This document shows positions 26,447 through 35,784 of a stretch of 64,000 bases of DNA, one piece after another. The stretch spans positions 11,487 to 75,486 of the forward strand of contig DAHXNV010000010.1 of the NCBI GenBank assembly GCA_027365225.1. The letters run 5' to 3'. The translations under genes were made by a program, and so were the position numbers. The notes beneath the pieces are model-generated. The model saw only the letters and a program-made list of their open reading frames with translations, was not told the origin of the DNA and did not search any database. The DNA comes from Gammaproteobacteria bacterium (GTDB lineage Bacteria; Pseudomonadota; Gammaproteobacteria; Steroidobacterales; Steroidobacteraceae). Position 1 is the first letter of the stretch. Every line of letters begins with the position of its first letter.

Positions 26447-28785
26447 AAACCCGACCGATCACAATGCTGGCATGGGCGGCGCTGATGGGGCTGGCGATCG
26501 TCATTGCCGCACGGGCCCGCTACTCGGCGGGTCTGTCGGCGTTCCTGCCGCAGGCCCCGAGCGCGAGCGAGCGATTGCTCACCGAACAGTTGCGCAACGG
26601 CGTTGCTTCACGGCTGATCATCGTGGCCATACGCGGGGCCGGCGGCGCCGCGCGCGCACCCCTTTCACAAGCGCTCGCGGCGCGTCTGCGCCGCGACCCT
26701 GGCTTCACCACGGTCGAGAACGGCTCGCGCGCCACCGAGCGGCGCGATGCCGCGTTTCTGTTTGCGCACCGCTACCTGCTCAGTCCCGCGGTGACCGCCC
26801 GGCAGTTCACGGTCGCCGGTCTGCGCGCGGCCATCGGCAACACCCTCGCGCTGCTGGCGACCCCGGGCGGGGTCCTCGCCGCGCCGGCACTCTCGAGCGA
26901 CCCGACCGGTGAGATGCTCGCCATCAGCGCCGCCCTCGCCCGCCTCGCGCCGCCGCGCCGCGCCGACGGCGTGTGGGTATCGCGCGGCGGCGGCGCAGCG
27001 CTCCTGCTCGTACGCACCCGCGCGCCCGGCTCGAACACCGACGCCCAGGCGCGGGATATCGCCCACATCCGTGCCGACTTTCGCGCGGCGCGCACGGCCG
27101 CGCACGTCCGCGCCTCACTGCAGATGACCGGCCCGGGGGTGTTCGCGGTCCAGGCGCGGGCGCGAATCAAACACGAGGTCCTGCGCCTCTCGCTCGTGAG
27201 CGGCACGCTGATCCTGACGCTGCTCGCGTTGGCTTACCGGTCCGCGCGGGCGCTGGCACTCGGTCTGGTGCCGGTGGTCTCGGGCGCGCTCGCCGGCATC
27301 GCGGCGGTGGCACTGCGCTTCGGCGTGGTGCAGGGCGTAACGCTCGGCTTCGGCGTGACGCTGATCGGCGAGGCGGTCGATTACTCGATCTATCTGTTCG
27401 TCCAATCGCGCAGCAACCGCCCCGGACCACAGGGCACAGAACACTGGCGCCGCGCGGCCTGGCCCACGGTGCGCCTCGGGATGCTGGCCTCGGTGTGCGG
27501 CTTCGCCGCGCTGCTCGCCTCGACCTTTCCGGGCCTGGCTCAGCTTGGCCTGTACTCGCTGGTCGGCGTGCTGGCCGCCGGCGCCGTCACCCGCTTCGTG
27601 TTGCCGCAACTGCTGCCCGAGGGCTTCACGGTGCGCGATCTTCGCCCGCTCGGGGCGGCGGCCGGGAAGGTGCTGCGCGGCGGGCGGAGCGCCCGCTTTG
27701 CGCTCCTCGCCCTCGGTCTGGCGGCGGCGGCCGTGCTCTACACGCACCGCGAGCGGCTGTGGAACCCACAGCTCGCGGCCCTCAGCCCGGTGCCGGTCGC
27801 GGCCCAGCGGCTCGATGCGCGGCTGCGCGCCGCGCTCGGGGCGCCGCCGGTCGGTGACGTGGCGATCCTCCGCGCCCCGAGCGAGCAGGCGGCCCTGCGT
27901 GCCGCGCAGCGGGCCGATACGGCGCTCGATGCCCTGGTGGCACACGGTGTGATCGGCAGCTACCAAAGTCCGGCGCTGTACCTGCCGAGCCGGGCACTGC
28001 AACGGCGGCGCCAGCAGGCGCTGCCGCCGCCGCGGCTTCTGCGCCAGCGTCTGGTCCGCGCGCTCGCGGGCCTGCCGCTCTCGCCCGCACAGCTCGCGCC
28101 ATTCATCCGCGCCGTCGCGGCCGCGCGCACCGCCGCGCCGATCGGGCGCCGGGCTCTGGCGGGCACCTCCTTCGCCGCGGCCGTCGATGGCCTGTTGATC
28201 AGAGAGCGGCACTCGTGGCAGGCGCTGCTGCCGCTGGTGCCCGCCCGCGCCCGGCCGATCGACCTCACCCGGGTGCGCGCCGCGCTCACCCCGCTTCACG
28301 GGGTGGTGCTGAACCTGAAGCAGGCAACCGATGCGCTGTACTCGCGGTACCTCACCGAGGCGCAGCGCCTGTCCCTCGGCGGGCTCGCCGCCATCGCGCT
28401 GCTGCTGCTGATCGCGCTGCGCTCGGCGCGGCGCATGCTGCGGGTGATGGTGCCGCTGCTGCTCGCCGTGCTGACCGTGGCCGCCGGCCTGATCGCCCTC
28501 GGGGAGCGGCTGACGCTCCTGCACCTGATCGGCCTGCTGCTCATCGTCGCCGTGGGCTCCAATTACGCGCTCTTTCTCGAGCGCCGCTCGAGCGAGCCGG
28601 CGCTGACCCTGGCCTCGCTCGTGGTGGCCAACGGCGCCACCGTGCTCGGCTTCGGCACGCTCGCCTTCGCCTCGGTGCCGGTCCTGCGCCAGCTCGGGGA
28701 GACGGTGGCGCCGGGGGCGTGGCTCGCGCTGGTGTTCGCCGCGCTCCTGCGGCGCGATCAGCCGCCCCCGCCGGCACAAGGCTAG
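26443..28785 (+). CDS. MMPL/RND-superfamily exporter
   Basis: 780 aa with two blocks of ~6 TM segments. It has an ATGA overlap with the LolA-like gene. The longer ORF from 25909 is an upstream run-on. Confidence 0.75.
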   Translation: MKTRPITMLAWAALMGLAIVIAARARYSAGLSAFLPQAPSASERLLTEQLRNGVASRLIIVAIRGAGGAARAPLSQALAARLRRDPGFTTVENGSRATERRDAAFLFAHRYLLSPAVTARQFTVAGLRAAIGNTLALLATPGGVLAAPALSSDPTGEMLAISAALARLAPPRRADGVWVSRGGGAALLLVRTRAPGSNTDAQARDIAHIRADFRAARTAAHVRASLQMTGPGVFAVQARARIKHEVLRLSLVSGTLILTLLALAYRSARALALGLVPVVSGALAGIAAVALRFGVVQGVTLGFGVTLIGEAVDYSIYLFVQSRSNRPGPQGTEHWRRAAWPTVRLGMLASVCGFAALLASTFPGLAQLGLYSLVGVLAAGAVTRFVLPQLLPEGFTVRDLRPLGAAAGKVLRGGRSARFALLALGLAAAAVLYTHRERLWNPQLAALSPVPVAAQRLDARLRAALGAPPVGDVAILRAPSEQAALRAAQRADTALDALVAHGVIGSYQSPALYLPSRALQRRRQQALPPPRLLRQRLVRALAGLPLSPAQLAPFIRAVAAARTAAPIGRRALAGTSFAAAVDGLLIRERHSWQALLPLVPARARPIDLTRVRAALTPLHGVVLNLKQATDALYSRYLTEAQRLSLGGLAAIALLLLIALRSARRMLRVMVPLLLAVLTVAAGLIALGERLTLLHLIGLLLIVAVGSNYALFLERRSSEPALTLASLVVANGATVLGFGTLAFASVPVLRQLGETVAPGAWLALVFAALLRRDQPPPPAQG

Positions 28786-28794
28786 AATTTGCCG

Positions 28795-29613
28795 ATGTCT
28801 ACCGACGCTCTGCCCGCTCCCGGCCGCTGGCGCCCGACGCCCCTGCTGGTCACCTCCGCCGGCATTCATGCCGGCGCGGCCGCGGCCGTGCTGGCCCGCC
28901 CCCCGCTGTGGCCTTGGGCGCTCGGCGCCGTGCTCGCCAATCACGCGCTGTTGACGGCCGCCGGACTCTGGCCGCGCAGCCGGCTGCTCGGCCCGAACTG
29001 GACGCGCCTGCCGTGCGCCGCGGGCGATCGGCGGATCGCGCTGACCCTCGATGACGGCCCGGACCCCGAGATAACCCCGCGCGTGCTCGAGCTGCTGGCG
29101 CGCACGGGTGTTGCGGCGACGTTCTTCTGCATCGGCGAGCGGGTTGCCGCGCACCCGGGGCTCACCCGCGAGGTGATCGCCGCCGGCCACGCGGTGGAGA
29201 ACCACAGCCAACGACACCTGCACCACTTCTCGCTGCTCGGTCCGCGCGCTCTGCGCGCCGAGATCGAGCGGGCACAGCACACCATCGCCGGGGCCACCGG
29301 CGTGTCGCCGCGATTCTTCCGTGCGCCCGCCGGCCTGCGCAGCCCGCTGCTCGATCCGCTTCTGCAGCGGCTGGGACTGCGCCTAGCGAGCTGGACGCGG
29401 CGGGGATTCGACACGGTCGATCAGCACCCGGCCCGGGTGCTCGGGGCGCTCACGCGCGCCCTCGGCCCCGGAGACATTCTGTTGCTGCACGATGGGCATG
29501 CCGCCCGCACCTCGGGCGGGACGGCGGTGGTGCTCGAGGTGTTGCCCCGGTTGCTTGCGGCGGTGCGGGACGCCGGTCTTCAGCCGGTGACGCTGCGCGC
29601 AGCGCTGCCATGA
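28795..29613 (+). CDS. Polysaccharide deacetylase (NodB-homology) family protein
   Basis: IALTLDDGPDPEITPRVLELL...ATFFCIG and ENHSQRH motifs. Confidence 0.75.
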   Translation: MSTDALPAPGRWRPTPLLVTSAGIHAGAAAAVLARPPLWPWALGAVLANHALLTAAGLWPRSRLLGPNWTRLPCAAGDRRIALTLDDGPDPEITPRVLELLARTGVAATFFCIGERVAAHPGLTREVIAAGHAVENHSQRHLHHFSLLGPRALRAEIERAQHTIAGATGVSPRFFRAPAGLRSPLLDPLLQRLGLRLASWTRRGFDTVDQHPARVLGALTRALGPGDILLLHDGHAARTSGGTAVVLEVLPRLLAAVRDAGLQPVTLRAALP

Positions 29614-30803
29614 GACCCCTCGCGCTCAGCCACTTCACCGCCACGAGCGCCATCGGCCGGGGGCTCGAGGCAACGCTCGCGGCGCTGCGCGCCCGCCGCG
29701 GCGCGCTCGCGCCCTGCGCATTCGAGACGGTTGCGCTCGAGACCTGGATCGGGGAGGTGCCGCAGGTCGATGCGCTACGGCTGCCCGCCCCGCTCGCGCG
29801 CTTCGAGTGCCGCAACAACCGCCTGGCGCAGCTCGGGCTGGCGCAGGATGGGTTCATCGCCGCGGTCGAGGCCTGTGCCGCGCGCTACGGCCCGCATCGC
29901 ATCGGGGTGTTTCTCGGCACCAGCACCTCCGGAACGTTGCAGACCGAACTCGCCTACCGCCGGCGCGGACCCGACGGGGCGCTGCCGCAGGACTTTCTCT
30001 ACGCGAGCACCCACAACCCGTTCTCGCTCGGGGACTTCGTGCGCCGCTCGCTCGCGCTCGCGGGCCCCGCGGCGGTGGTCTCGACGGCCTGCTCCTCGAG
30101 CGCCAAGGTGTTCGGCTCGGCGGCGCGCCTGATCGAGACCGGAGTGATCGATGCGGCGGTGGTCGGCGGCGTCGATTCGCTGTGTCTGACGACGCTGTAC
30201 GGATTTCATGCGCTGCAACTGGTCGCGCGCGACCCGTGCCGGCCGTTCGATGTGGCCCGCGACGGGATCTCGATCGGCGAGGCGGCCGCATTCGCGCTGC
30301 TCGAGCCGCTCGGAAGCGATGCCCCGCCCGGCACCGTGCGGCTCACCGGCATCGGGGAGTCGAGCGATGCCTATCACATGTCCTCGCCGCACCCGGAGGG
30401 ACTCGGGGCGCGCGCGGCAATGCTGGCCGCACTGGCCGAGGCGGGCCGGCGCCCCGAAGACATCGACTACATCAACCTGCACGGCACCGGCACCCCGAGC
30501 AACGACGCCGCCGAGGCGCGCGCCGTAGCCTCGGTGTTTGGGACTCGGGTCCCGGTGAGTTCCACCAAGGGCGCCACCGGTCACGCGCTCGGGGCGGCCG
30601 GCGCGCTCGAGGCGGTGATCAGCGCGCTCGCGCTGCGCCACGCGCTCGCGCCCGCCGGGATCAACACCACCACGCCCGACCCGGCCCTGGCGGTCGACTA
30701 TCTCACCGACAACCGAGCGCAGGAGCTCAGCTGTGTCCTCAGCAACTCCTTCGGCTTCGGCGGCTCGAACTGCAGCCTGCTGCTGGAGCGCGCCTGTGGC
30801 TGA
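29610..30803 (+). CDS. Beta-ketoacyl-ACP synthase (KS)
   Basis: Active-site Cys in VSTACSSS, with the His residues in AYHMSSPHP and INLHGTGTPSND. Confidence 0.85.
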   Translation: MRPLALSHFTATSAIGRGLEATLAALRARRGALAPCAFETVALETWIGEVPQVDALRLPAPLARFECRNNRLAQLGLAQDGFIAAVEACAARYGPHRIGVFLGTSTSGTLQTELAYRRRGPDGALPQDFLYASTHNPFSLGDFVRRSLALAGPAAVVSTACSSSAKVFGSAARLIETGVIDAAVVGGVDSLCLTTLYGFHALQLVARDPCRPFDVARDGISIGEAAAFALLEPLGSDAPPGTVRLTGIGESSDAYHMSSPHPEGLGARAAMLAALAEAGRRPEDIDYINLHGTGTPSNDAAEARAVASVFGTRVPVSSTKGATGHALGAAGALEAVISALALRHALAPAGINTTTPDPALAVDYLTDNRAQELSCVLSNSFGFGGSNCSLLLERACG

Positions 30804-31605
30804 GTGCGCGCCCTCGCGCCTCAATGCCTATGTGCGGGCGATCGGCGTGCTCGGCCCCGGCCTGCGCGACTGGCCGAGCGCCGCCGCGGTGCTCGCCGGA
30901 CGCGAGCCCTACACGCCGCAGCCCACCGAAACGCCCCCGCCGGTCACGCTGCCGCCGGCCGAGCGGCGCCGGATCGGCGCCACGGTGCGCCTGGCGCTGT
31001 CCGCGGCGCAGCAAGCGCTCGCCGCGACCGATCTCGACGTCGCGCAGCTCGCCACGGTCTTCGCCGCATCGGGCGGCGATGGCGCGATCTGCCACGAGTT
31101 CTGCGCCACGCTCGCCTCGAGCGACCGGCAGATCTCCCCGACCCGCTTCCACAACTCGGTTCACAACGCGGCCTCGGGCTACTGGAGCATCGCCATGCGC
31201 TCCACCGCCCCCTCCACCGCGCTGTCCGCCTACGACGGCAGTTTCGCCGCCGGGCTGCTCGAGGCGCTCGCCCAACTCACGGTGCGCACCGCGCCGGTGT
31301 TGCTGGTGAGCTATGACAGCGCCTATCCCGAGCCGCTGCACGCGAAACGACCCATTGCCGCGGCGTTCGCCTGCGCGCTGCTGCTCGTCCCTCGGCCCGA
31401 GACCGGCGCTCGTGCGCGCATCGAGGCGAGGCTGGTGCAAGCGCCGGGCGATACGCTCGAGGAGGAGCCGCTCGAGTCGCTGCGCCGCGGCGTCCCCGCC
31501 GCGCGCGGCCTGCCGCTGCTGCGCCAGCTCGCCCGCGGCGAGCGCGGTCGCGTCGTGATCGATTATCTGTCCGGTCTGCAGCTCGCCCTGGAGGTGGTGC
31601 CGTGA
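30796..31605 (+). CDS. KS-like chain-length-factor subunit (no active-site Cys)
   Basis: A GTG 8 nt inside the KS end gives VAECAPSRLNAYVRAIGVLGPGL. It has a thiolase-like fold signature but lacks the Cys. Alternative ATG at 30733. Confidence 0.6.
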   Translation: MAECAPSRLNAYVRAIGVLGPGLRDWPSAAAVLAGREPYTPQPTETPPPVTLPPAERRRIGATVRLALSAAQQALAATDLDVAQLATVFAASGGDGAICHEFCATLASSDRQISPTRFHNSVHNAASGYWSIAMRSTAPSTALSAYDGSFAAGLLEALAQLTVRTAPVLLVSYDSAYPEPLHAKRPIAAAFACALLLVPRPETGARARIEARLVQAPGDTLEEEPLESLRRGVPAARGLPLLRQLARGERGRVVIDYLSGLQLALEVVP

Positions 31606-32093
31606 CGATGACCCGCCCGCCCGCCGGTCCCCTTGCCGCGGTGCGCCTCGATCGGCCGTGGCTCGAGCGACACATGCCGCATCGCGGCCGGATGTGTCTG
31701 CTCGAGGCGGTGCTCGGCTGGGACATGACGCAGATCCGCTGCCGGGCCTCGAGCCACCGGCAGGCCGACAATCCGCTGCGCGCGCGCGGGTACCTCCCGG
31801 CGGCCTGTGGGATCGAATACGCCGGCCAGGCGATGGCGGCGCACGGCGCGCTCATGGCGGGGCTCCTCGGCGTGCCGGCGCGCACCGGGTACCTCGCGAG
31901 CGTCCGTCACCTGCGCCTGCGGGTCACGCGGCTCGATGACCTCACCGAGGATCTGACGATCAGCGCCCAGCGCGTGGCCGACGATCAGGACACCGCGCTC
32001 TATGCCTTCACCATCACCTGCGCCGAGCAGGAGTTGCTCACGGGACGCGCCGGGATCGTCTTCGGCCCGTTGGCTCGGGCCGACCGGCCATGA
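31602..32093 (+). CDS. Hotdog-fold dehydratase (ApeP-like)
   Basis: 163 aa containing LERHMPHRGRMCLLEAVLGWD. It is translationally coupled on both sides. Confidence 0.6.
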   Translation: MTMTRPPAGPLAAVRLDRPWLERHMPHRGRMCLLEAVLGWDMTQIRCRASSHRQADNPLRARGYLPAACGIEYAGQAMAAHGALMAGLLGVPARTGYLASVRHLRLRVTRLDDLTEDLTISAQRVADDQDTALYAFTITCAEQELLTGRAGIVFGPLARADRP

Positions 32094-32812
32094 GCACCCC
32101 GATCAGGGCGCTGGTGACCGGCGGCAGCGGCGACATCGGCGCGGCGATTTGCCGGCGTCTGGCGCGTGCCGGCCACCACGTCTACGTACATGCCCGTGAC
32201 CGCATCAGCGCCGCCGAAGCCCTCGTCGGGGCGATCATCCAGGCCGGCGGCAGCGCCTCGGTGGTGCGATTCGACGTGACGGACGCCGCAGGGGCGCGCG
32301 CCGCGCTCGCCGGCCTGCCCGGCCCCATCCAGATCCTGGTCAACAATGCCGGCGTGCATGACGACGCGGTGCTCCCGGGCATGCGCCCGGAGCAGTGGCA
32401 CCGCGTCATCGATGTGTCGGTGAACGGATTCTTCAACGTGACCCAACCGCTGCTGCTGCCGATGATCCGCACGCGCTGGGGCCGCATCATCAACATCTCC
32501 TCGGTCACCGCCCTGATCGGCAACCGCGGCCAGGTCAACTATGCCGCCGCGAAAGGCGCGCTGAATGCCGCGACCAAGGCGCTCGCTCTGGAACTCGCCA
32601 CGCGGGGCATCACCGTCAACGCGGTGGCTCCCGGCATCATCGCCACCCCCATGACCGAAGGCCTGTTCGCCCCGGAGAACCTCAAGCGCCTGGTCCCGCT
32701 GGGACGCGCCGGCGCCCCCGAAGAGGTTGCCAGTCTGGTCGCCTTCCTGGCCTCCGAGGAAGCCTCGTACATTACCGCGCAGATCCTGTCAGTCGACGGC
32801 GGCATGGCATAG
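32090..32812 (+). CDS. 3-oxoacyl-ACP reductase (FabG/SDR)
   Basis: ALVTGGSGDIGAAI, NNAG, and the catalytic YAAAKGAL. Confidence 0.9.
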   Translation: MSTPIRALVTGGSGDIGAAICRRLARAGHHVYVHARDRISAAEALVGAIIQAGGSASVVRFDVTDAAGARAALAGLPGPIQILVNNAGVHDDAVLPGMRPEQWHRVIDVSVNGFFNVTQPLLLPMIRTRWGRIINISSVTALIGNRGQVNYAAAKGALNAATKALALELATRGITVNAVAPGIIATPMTEGLFAPENLKRLVPLGRAGAPEEVASLVAFLASEEASYITAQILSVDGGMA

Positions 32813-32993
32813 GCAGGCGCCGAAACACCCCCGCACCAGAGCCGCCCCACCATCCGGCCCCGACGTCGCGCCGCACGTCCATGATTGACGCGACAACAGA
32901 AGAATACTCAAACGTAAATCTGGCGTGCGCAGGACGACGACATACATCCAACTCAAGACTCCAACATATTGAAACATTTGACGTGACAGCGTA

Positions 32994-33021
32994 TTGACAG
33001 ACCGTTCTGCCCCGTTATATT
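32994..33021 (+). promoter_or_regulatory. Sigma-70-like promoter for the repeat-protein gene
   Basis: TTGACA (32994-32999), a 16-nt spacer, then TATATT (33016-33021). It lies in an AT-richer intergenic region 19 nt before the ATG. Confidence 0.45.
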
Positions 33022-33039
33022 ACGGCGCCACGGAATCCC

Positions 33040-33708
33040 ATGGCCGCGGTACTCGACATGACAGAAACCCTCGACACGCGAGTCGCGCGACTCGAGTCCG
33101 ATGTCGCGCACATCCAGTCGGATGTATCCGACATCAAGGTGGATTTGCGCCAGCTGCGCACCGAGTTTTCCTCGCTCCGCGACACGACCGAGACGGGATT
33201 CGCAGCGGTCCGCGCCGAGATGCAGCAGGAATTCAAGGCGGTCCGTGCGGACATCGCAAGCTCCAATGCCAATACAGCGGCGGAGTTCAAGGCGGTGCGT
33301 GCCGAGATCGCGAACTCGACCGCCAAGACCACCGAGGAATTCAAGGCGGTCCGTGGCGAGATGCAGCAGGAATTCAAAGCCGTCCGTGGCGAGATGCAGC
33401 AGGAGTTCAAGGCCGTCCGTGGCGAGATGCAACAGGGATTCAAGGCCGTCCATGGCGAGATGCAGCAGGAGTTCAAGGCCGTCCGTGGCGAGACGCAGCA
33501 GGAATTCAAGACCGTCCGTGGCGAGATGCAGGAGGAATTCAAAGCCGTTCGCGCGGAGATGCAATTCGGATTCGCGGCAGGCCGGACGGATCTTGCCGAT
33601 CTGCGCCGGGAGATCCAGCGGCGCGACTGGGCAATCATCGGTGTGATCGTCACGCTGTTCGTCGCGCTGTTCGGCGCGATGGCGCAGGGATTTGGCTGGC
33701 TGCACTGA
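33040..33708 (+). CDS. Tail-anchored coiled-coil protein with tandem 11-residue repeats
   Basis: 222 aa. The N-terminus reads LDTRVARLESDVAHIQSDVSDIKVDLRQLR, followed by repeated EFKAVRGEMQQ units. The C-terminal TM is WAIIGVIVTLFVALFGAMAQGFGWL. Confidence 0.7.
   Translation: MAAVLDMTETLDTRVARLESDVAHIQSDVSDIKVDLRQLRTEFSSLRDTTETGFAAVRAEMQQEFKAVRADIASSNANTAAEFKAVRAEIANSTAKTTEEFKAVRGEMQQEFKAVRGEMQQEFKAVRGEMQQGFKAVHGEMQQEFKAVRGETQQEFKTVRGEMQEEFKAVRAEMQFGFAAGRTDLADLRREIQRRDWAIIGVIVTLFVALFGAMAQGFGWLH
33196..33600 (+). repeat. 33-bp tandem repeat array (7 near-identical copies at 33337-33567, degenerate copies on both sides)
   Basis: Direct reading shows GAATTCAAGGCGGTCCGTGGCGAGATGCAGCAG repeated with few substitutions. 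Confidence 0.9.
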
Positions 33709-33785
33709 GCCGCACCAAGGACCTGGGTCAAGCGCCCACCCAGGACGCACGAGCGGCGCGGGAGCACACCGCGCGGGATTTCGCT

Positions 33786-34634
33786 ATGCTCGGACCCTCT
33801 TCTGACGACCCGGTCCGTGCACCCGTGCTGATGTCCATCGCCGTCCTCCTCGCCGCAGGGGCTGCAGCCGGCTTTCTCAGCGGCTTGCTCGGCATCGCGG
33901 GCGGACTGCTGGTGGTGGCGGCTCTCACGCTGGCGCTGCCGGCCCTGGGAATACCTGCATCGCAAGTCATGCGCGTCTCGGTGGCCACCGCCATGGCTGC
34001 CAACGTACTGACCCTGCTTTCCTCGGCGACGGCGCACATCCGCCGGCGCGGCGTCCTGTGGCCAACCTGGCGCTGGCTTGCCGCAGGACTCGTCATCGGT
34101 GGCTTCGCCGGCGCGCACATCACGCAGCTGCTGTCGGCTCAGGCGCTGCGCTGGGTGATCGCGGCATTCTGCGCCTTCATGATCTGGGAAATGCTACGCG
34201 GCAAGAAACAGGCCCAAGACCCCAACAGGCCCGAGCGCGTGCCGCGCACCCCGTGGCTGCTGCCCGCGGGCACGGGGATCGGTGCGCTCTCGGCGGTGGT
34301 CGGCATCGGCGGCGGATCGATGACCGTACCGCTGCTGGTCTCACTCGGAGTCAAGCCGGTCAAAGCCGTGAGCACCAGCGCGGTGTGCGGCTTGACGATC
34401 GCGGTCTCGACCGTTCTGAGCTATGCGCTGACGGTGCACGCCCCACGCCAGGCCCTGCCGTGGGGCGCGGTGGGCTACCTCTATCTGCCCGCCGCGGCCG
34501 TCATTGCCGTCGCGTCGATGTCGCTCGCCCCCGTTGGCGCGCGCCTCGCCCACGGTATCTCGGGCGTCGCGCTCGCACGGATATTCGCCGTATTCCTGCT
34601 GCTCGTCGGCGTGCTGATCGCGGCGGGCAAATGA
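33786..34634 (+). CDS. TSUP (TauE/SafE) family anion exporter
   Basis: Two internally repeated 4-TM halves with GFLSGLLGIAGG and GALSAVVGIGGG motifs. Confidence 0.8.
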   Translation: MLGPSSDDPVRAPVLMSIAVLLAAGAAAGFLSGLLGIAGGLLVVAALTLALPALGIPASQVMRVSVATAMAANVLTLLSSATAHIRRRGVLWPTWRWLAAGLVIGGFAGAHITQLLSAQALRWVIAAFCAFMIWEMLRGKKQAQDPNRPERVPRTPWLLPAGTGIGALSAVVGIGGGSMTVPLLVSLGVKPVKAVSTSAVCGLTIAVSTVLSYALTVHAPRQALPWGAVGYLYLPAAAVIAVASMSLAPVGARLAHGISGVALARIFAVFLLLVGVLIAAGK

Positions 34635-34665
34635 TTGCGGGCGACGCGCCGCTCGCGAGCGGCCC

Positions 34666-35298
34666 TCAGCCCGCACCGCACTCCGCTGCGCCGAAGAACT
34701 CGACCTCGCCGGTCTCCAGCGAGTACTCCGCGCCCACAACGGCAAGTCCCTCGTTGCGGATCAGCCGCTCGAGCACATCCGACCCATAGCGCAGGTGGCT
34801 CACCGACACCCCGACGTTGGCCCGTACCGCCTGGCGGATCAGCGCCTCCTCGTCGTTGCGCAGCTCGGTCCTGAGCAGTCCCTCGATCGAGGGGCGCACC
34901 CGATCGACGATCGAACGGATGTTGGGGGATTGATTCTCCGCCGGACGGCGCAGTTCCTCGAGCGTCGCCTGGATGGCCCCGCACCGGGTGTGCCCGAGCA
35001 CCACCACCAGCCGTGTGCCGAACTGCGCGGCGGCGAATTCAACGCTGCCGATCAGGGACGGCGCCACGATGTTGCCCGCCACGCGGATGACGAACAGATC
35101 GCCGAGCCCCTGATCGAACACGATCTCCGCCGGCACCCGCGAATCCGAGCAGCCGAGAATGATGGCGATGGGTTTCTGCTCCTGCGTGAGCGCGATGCGC
35201 GGGGAAACCCCGAGAGACGCCTCGTGACTGCTGACCCGCTCGACGAACCGCCTGTTGCCGTCTTTCAGGCGCTGAAGCGCTTCTGCTGCCGTAGTCAT
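34666..35298 (-). CDS. Beta-class carbonic anhydrase
   Basis: LGCSDSRV and VLGHTRCGA zinc-ligand motifs. The start is taken at MTTAAEALQRL. Confidence 0.9.
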   Translation of the reverse strand: MTTAAEALQRLKDGNRRFVERVSSHEASLGVSPRIALTQEQKPIAIILGCSDSRVPAEIVFDQGLGDLFVIRVAGNIVAPSLIGSVEFAAAQFGTRLVVVLGHTRCGAIQATLEELRRPAENQSPNIRSIVDRVRPSIEGLLRTELRNDEEALIRQAVRANVGVSVSHLRYGSDVLERLIRNEGLAVVGAEYSLETGEVEFFGAAECGAG

Positions 35299-35536
35299 GA
35301 GCCGCAGTGTAAAGAGCGCGGCGCAGACGCACAATGAGCCGCCGCGCCTCGCTCGCGCGCTATGCCCTGGTGACGCTCATCTGGCTCAGCCCGGACCGGC
35401 GCATCGAGCGCGCCCGGGCGGAGCGGGGCGGCAGGGACGCAGCGCGCCGAGGCCGCGCTGCGCGCCGGTCCGGGCCCCGGCAAGGCCTGCTGCTACAATG
35501 AGCGCTTCGGCCTCCAGGCCCTCAGGGAGCCTCACC

Positions 35537-35749
35537 GTGAAAACACTCTTGATCGCGGGACTGATTCTCATCGGCGGCGGCATTTTCCTCATCGTGCATC
35601 CTCTGCATTACGCCAGCGCGCACCACGTCCTGCAATTGGGCGGACTGACGGCGAGTGTGAGCCGGGAGCGCCCGCTGCCGGACTGGGTGGGCGGCACGGT
35701 GCTCGGCGCCGGACTGGTGCTGCTCTCGGTGGGGCTGCTGAAGCGCTAG
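35537..35749 (+). CDS. DUF3185-like small two-TM membrane protein
   Basis: A GTG with GGAG 7 nt upstream gives VKTLLIAGLILIGGGIFLIV...GGTVLGAGLVLLSVGLLKR. Alternative ATG at 35498. Confidence 0.5.
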   Translation: MKTLLIAGLILIGGGIFLIVHPLHYASAHHVLQLGGLTASVSRERPLPDWVGGTVLGAGLVLLSVGLLKR

Positions 35750-35784
35750 AATCGCGCTCCCCTGCGTAAATCGGAGAGAACATC

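Larger units (their letters stand above)
19105..32812 (+). other. Xanthomonadin-type (halogenated aryl polyene) biosynthetic gene cluster, 14 co-oriented genes
   Basis: The order is halogenase, chorismatase, two acyltransferases, GT2, ACP, aryl-AMP ligase, two hotdog dehydratases, LolA-like, MMPL exporter, deacetylase, KS, CLF and FabG. The genes are tightly packed or overlapping. Confidence 0.8.

Noticed and set aside
27115-29280. 721-aa minus-strand ORF
   Set aside because: It is antisense to the MMPL exporter and deacetylase genes and has shadow-ORF composition.
32953-33750. 265-aa minus-strand ORF across the 33-bp repeat array
   Set aside because: It is a mirror frame created by the repeats (LEFLLHLATDG units). 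The plus frame has a near-consensus promoter, a coiled-coil N-terminus and a C-terminal TM anchor.
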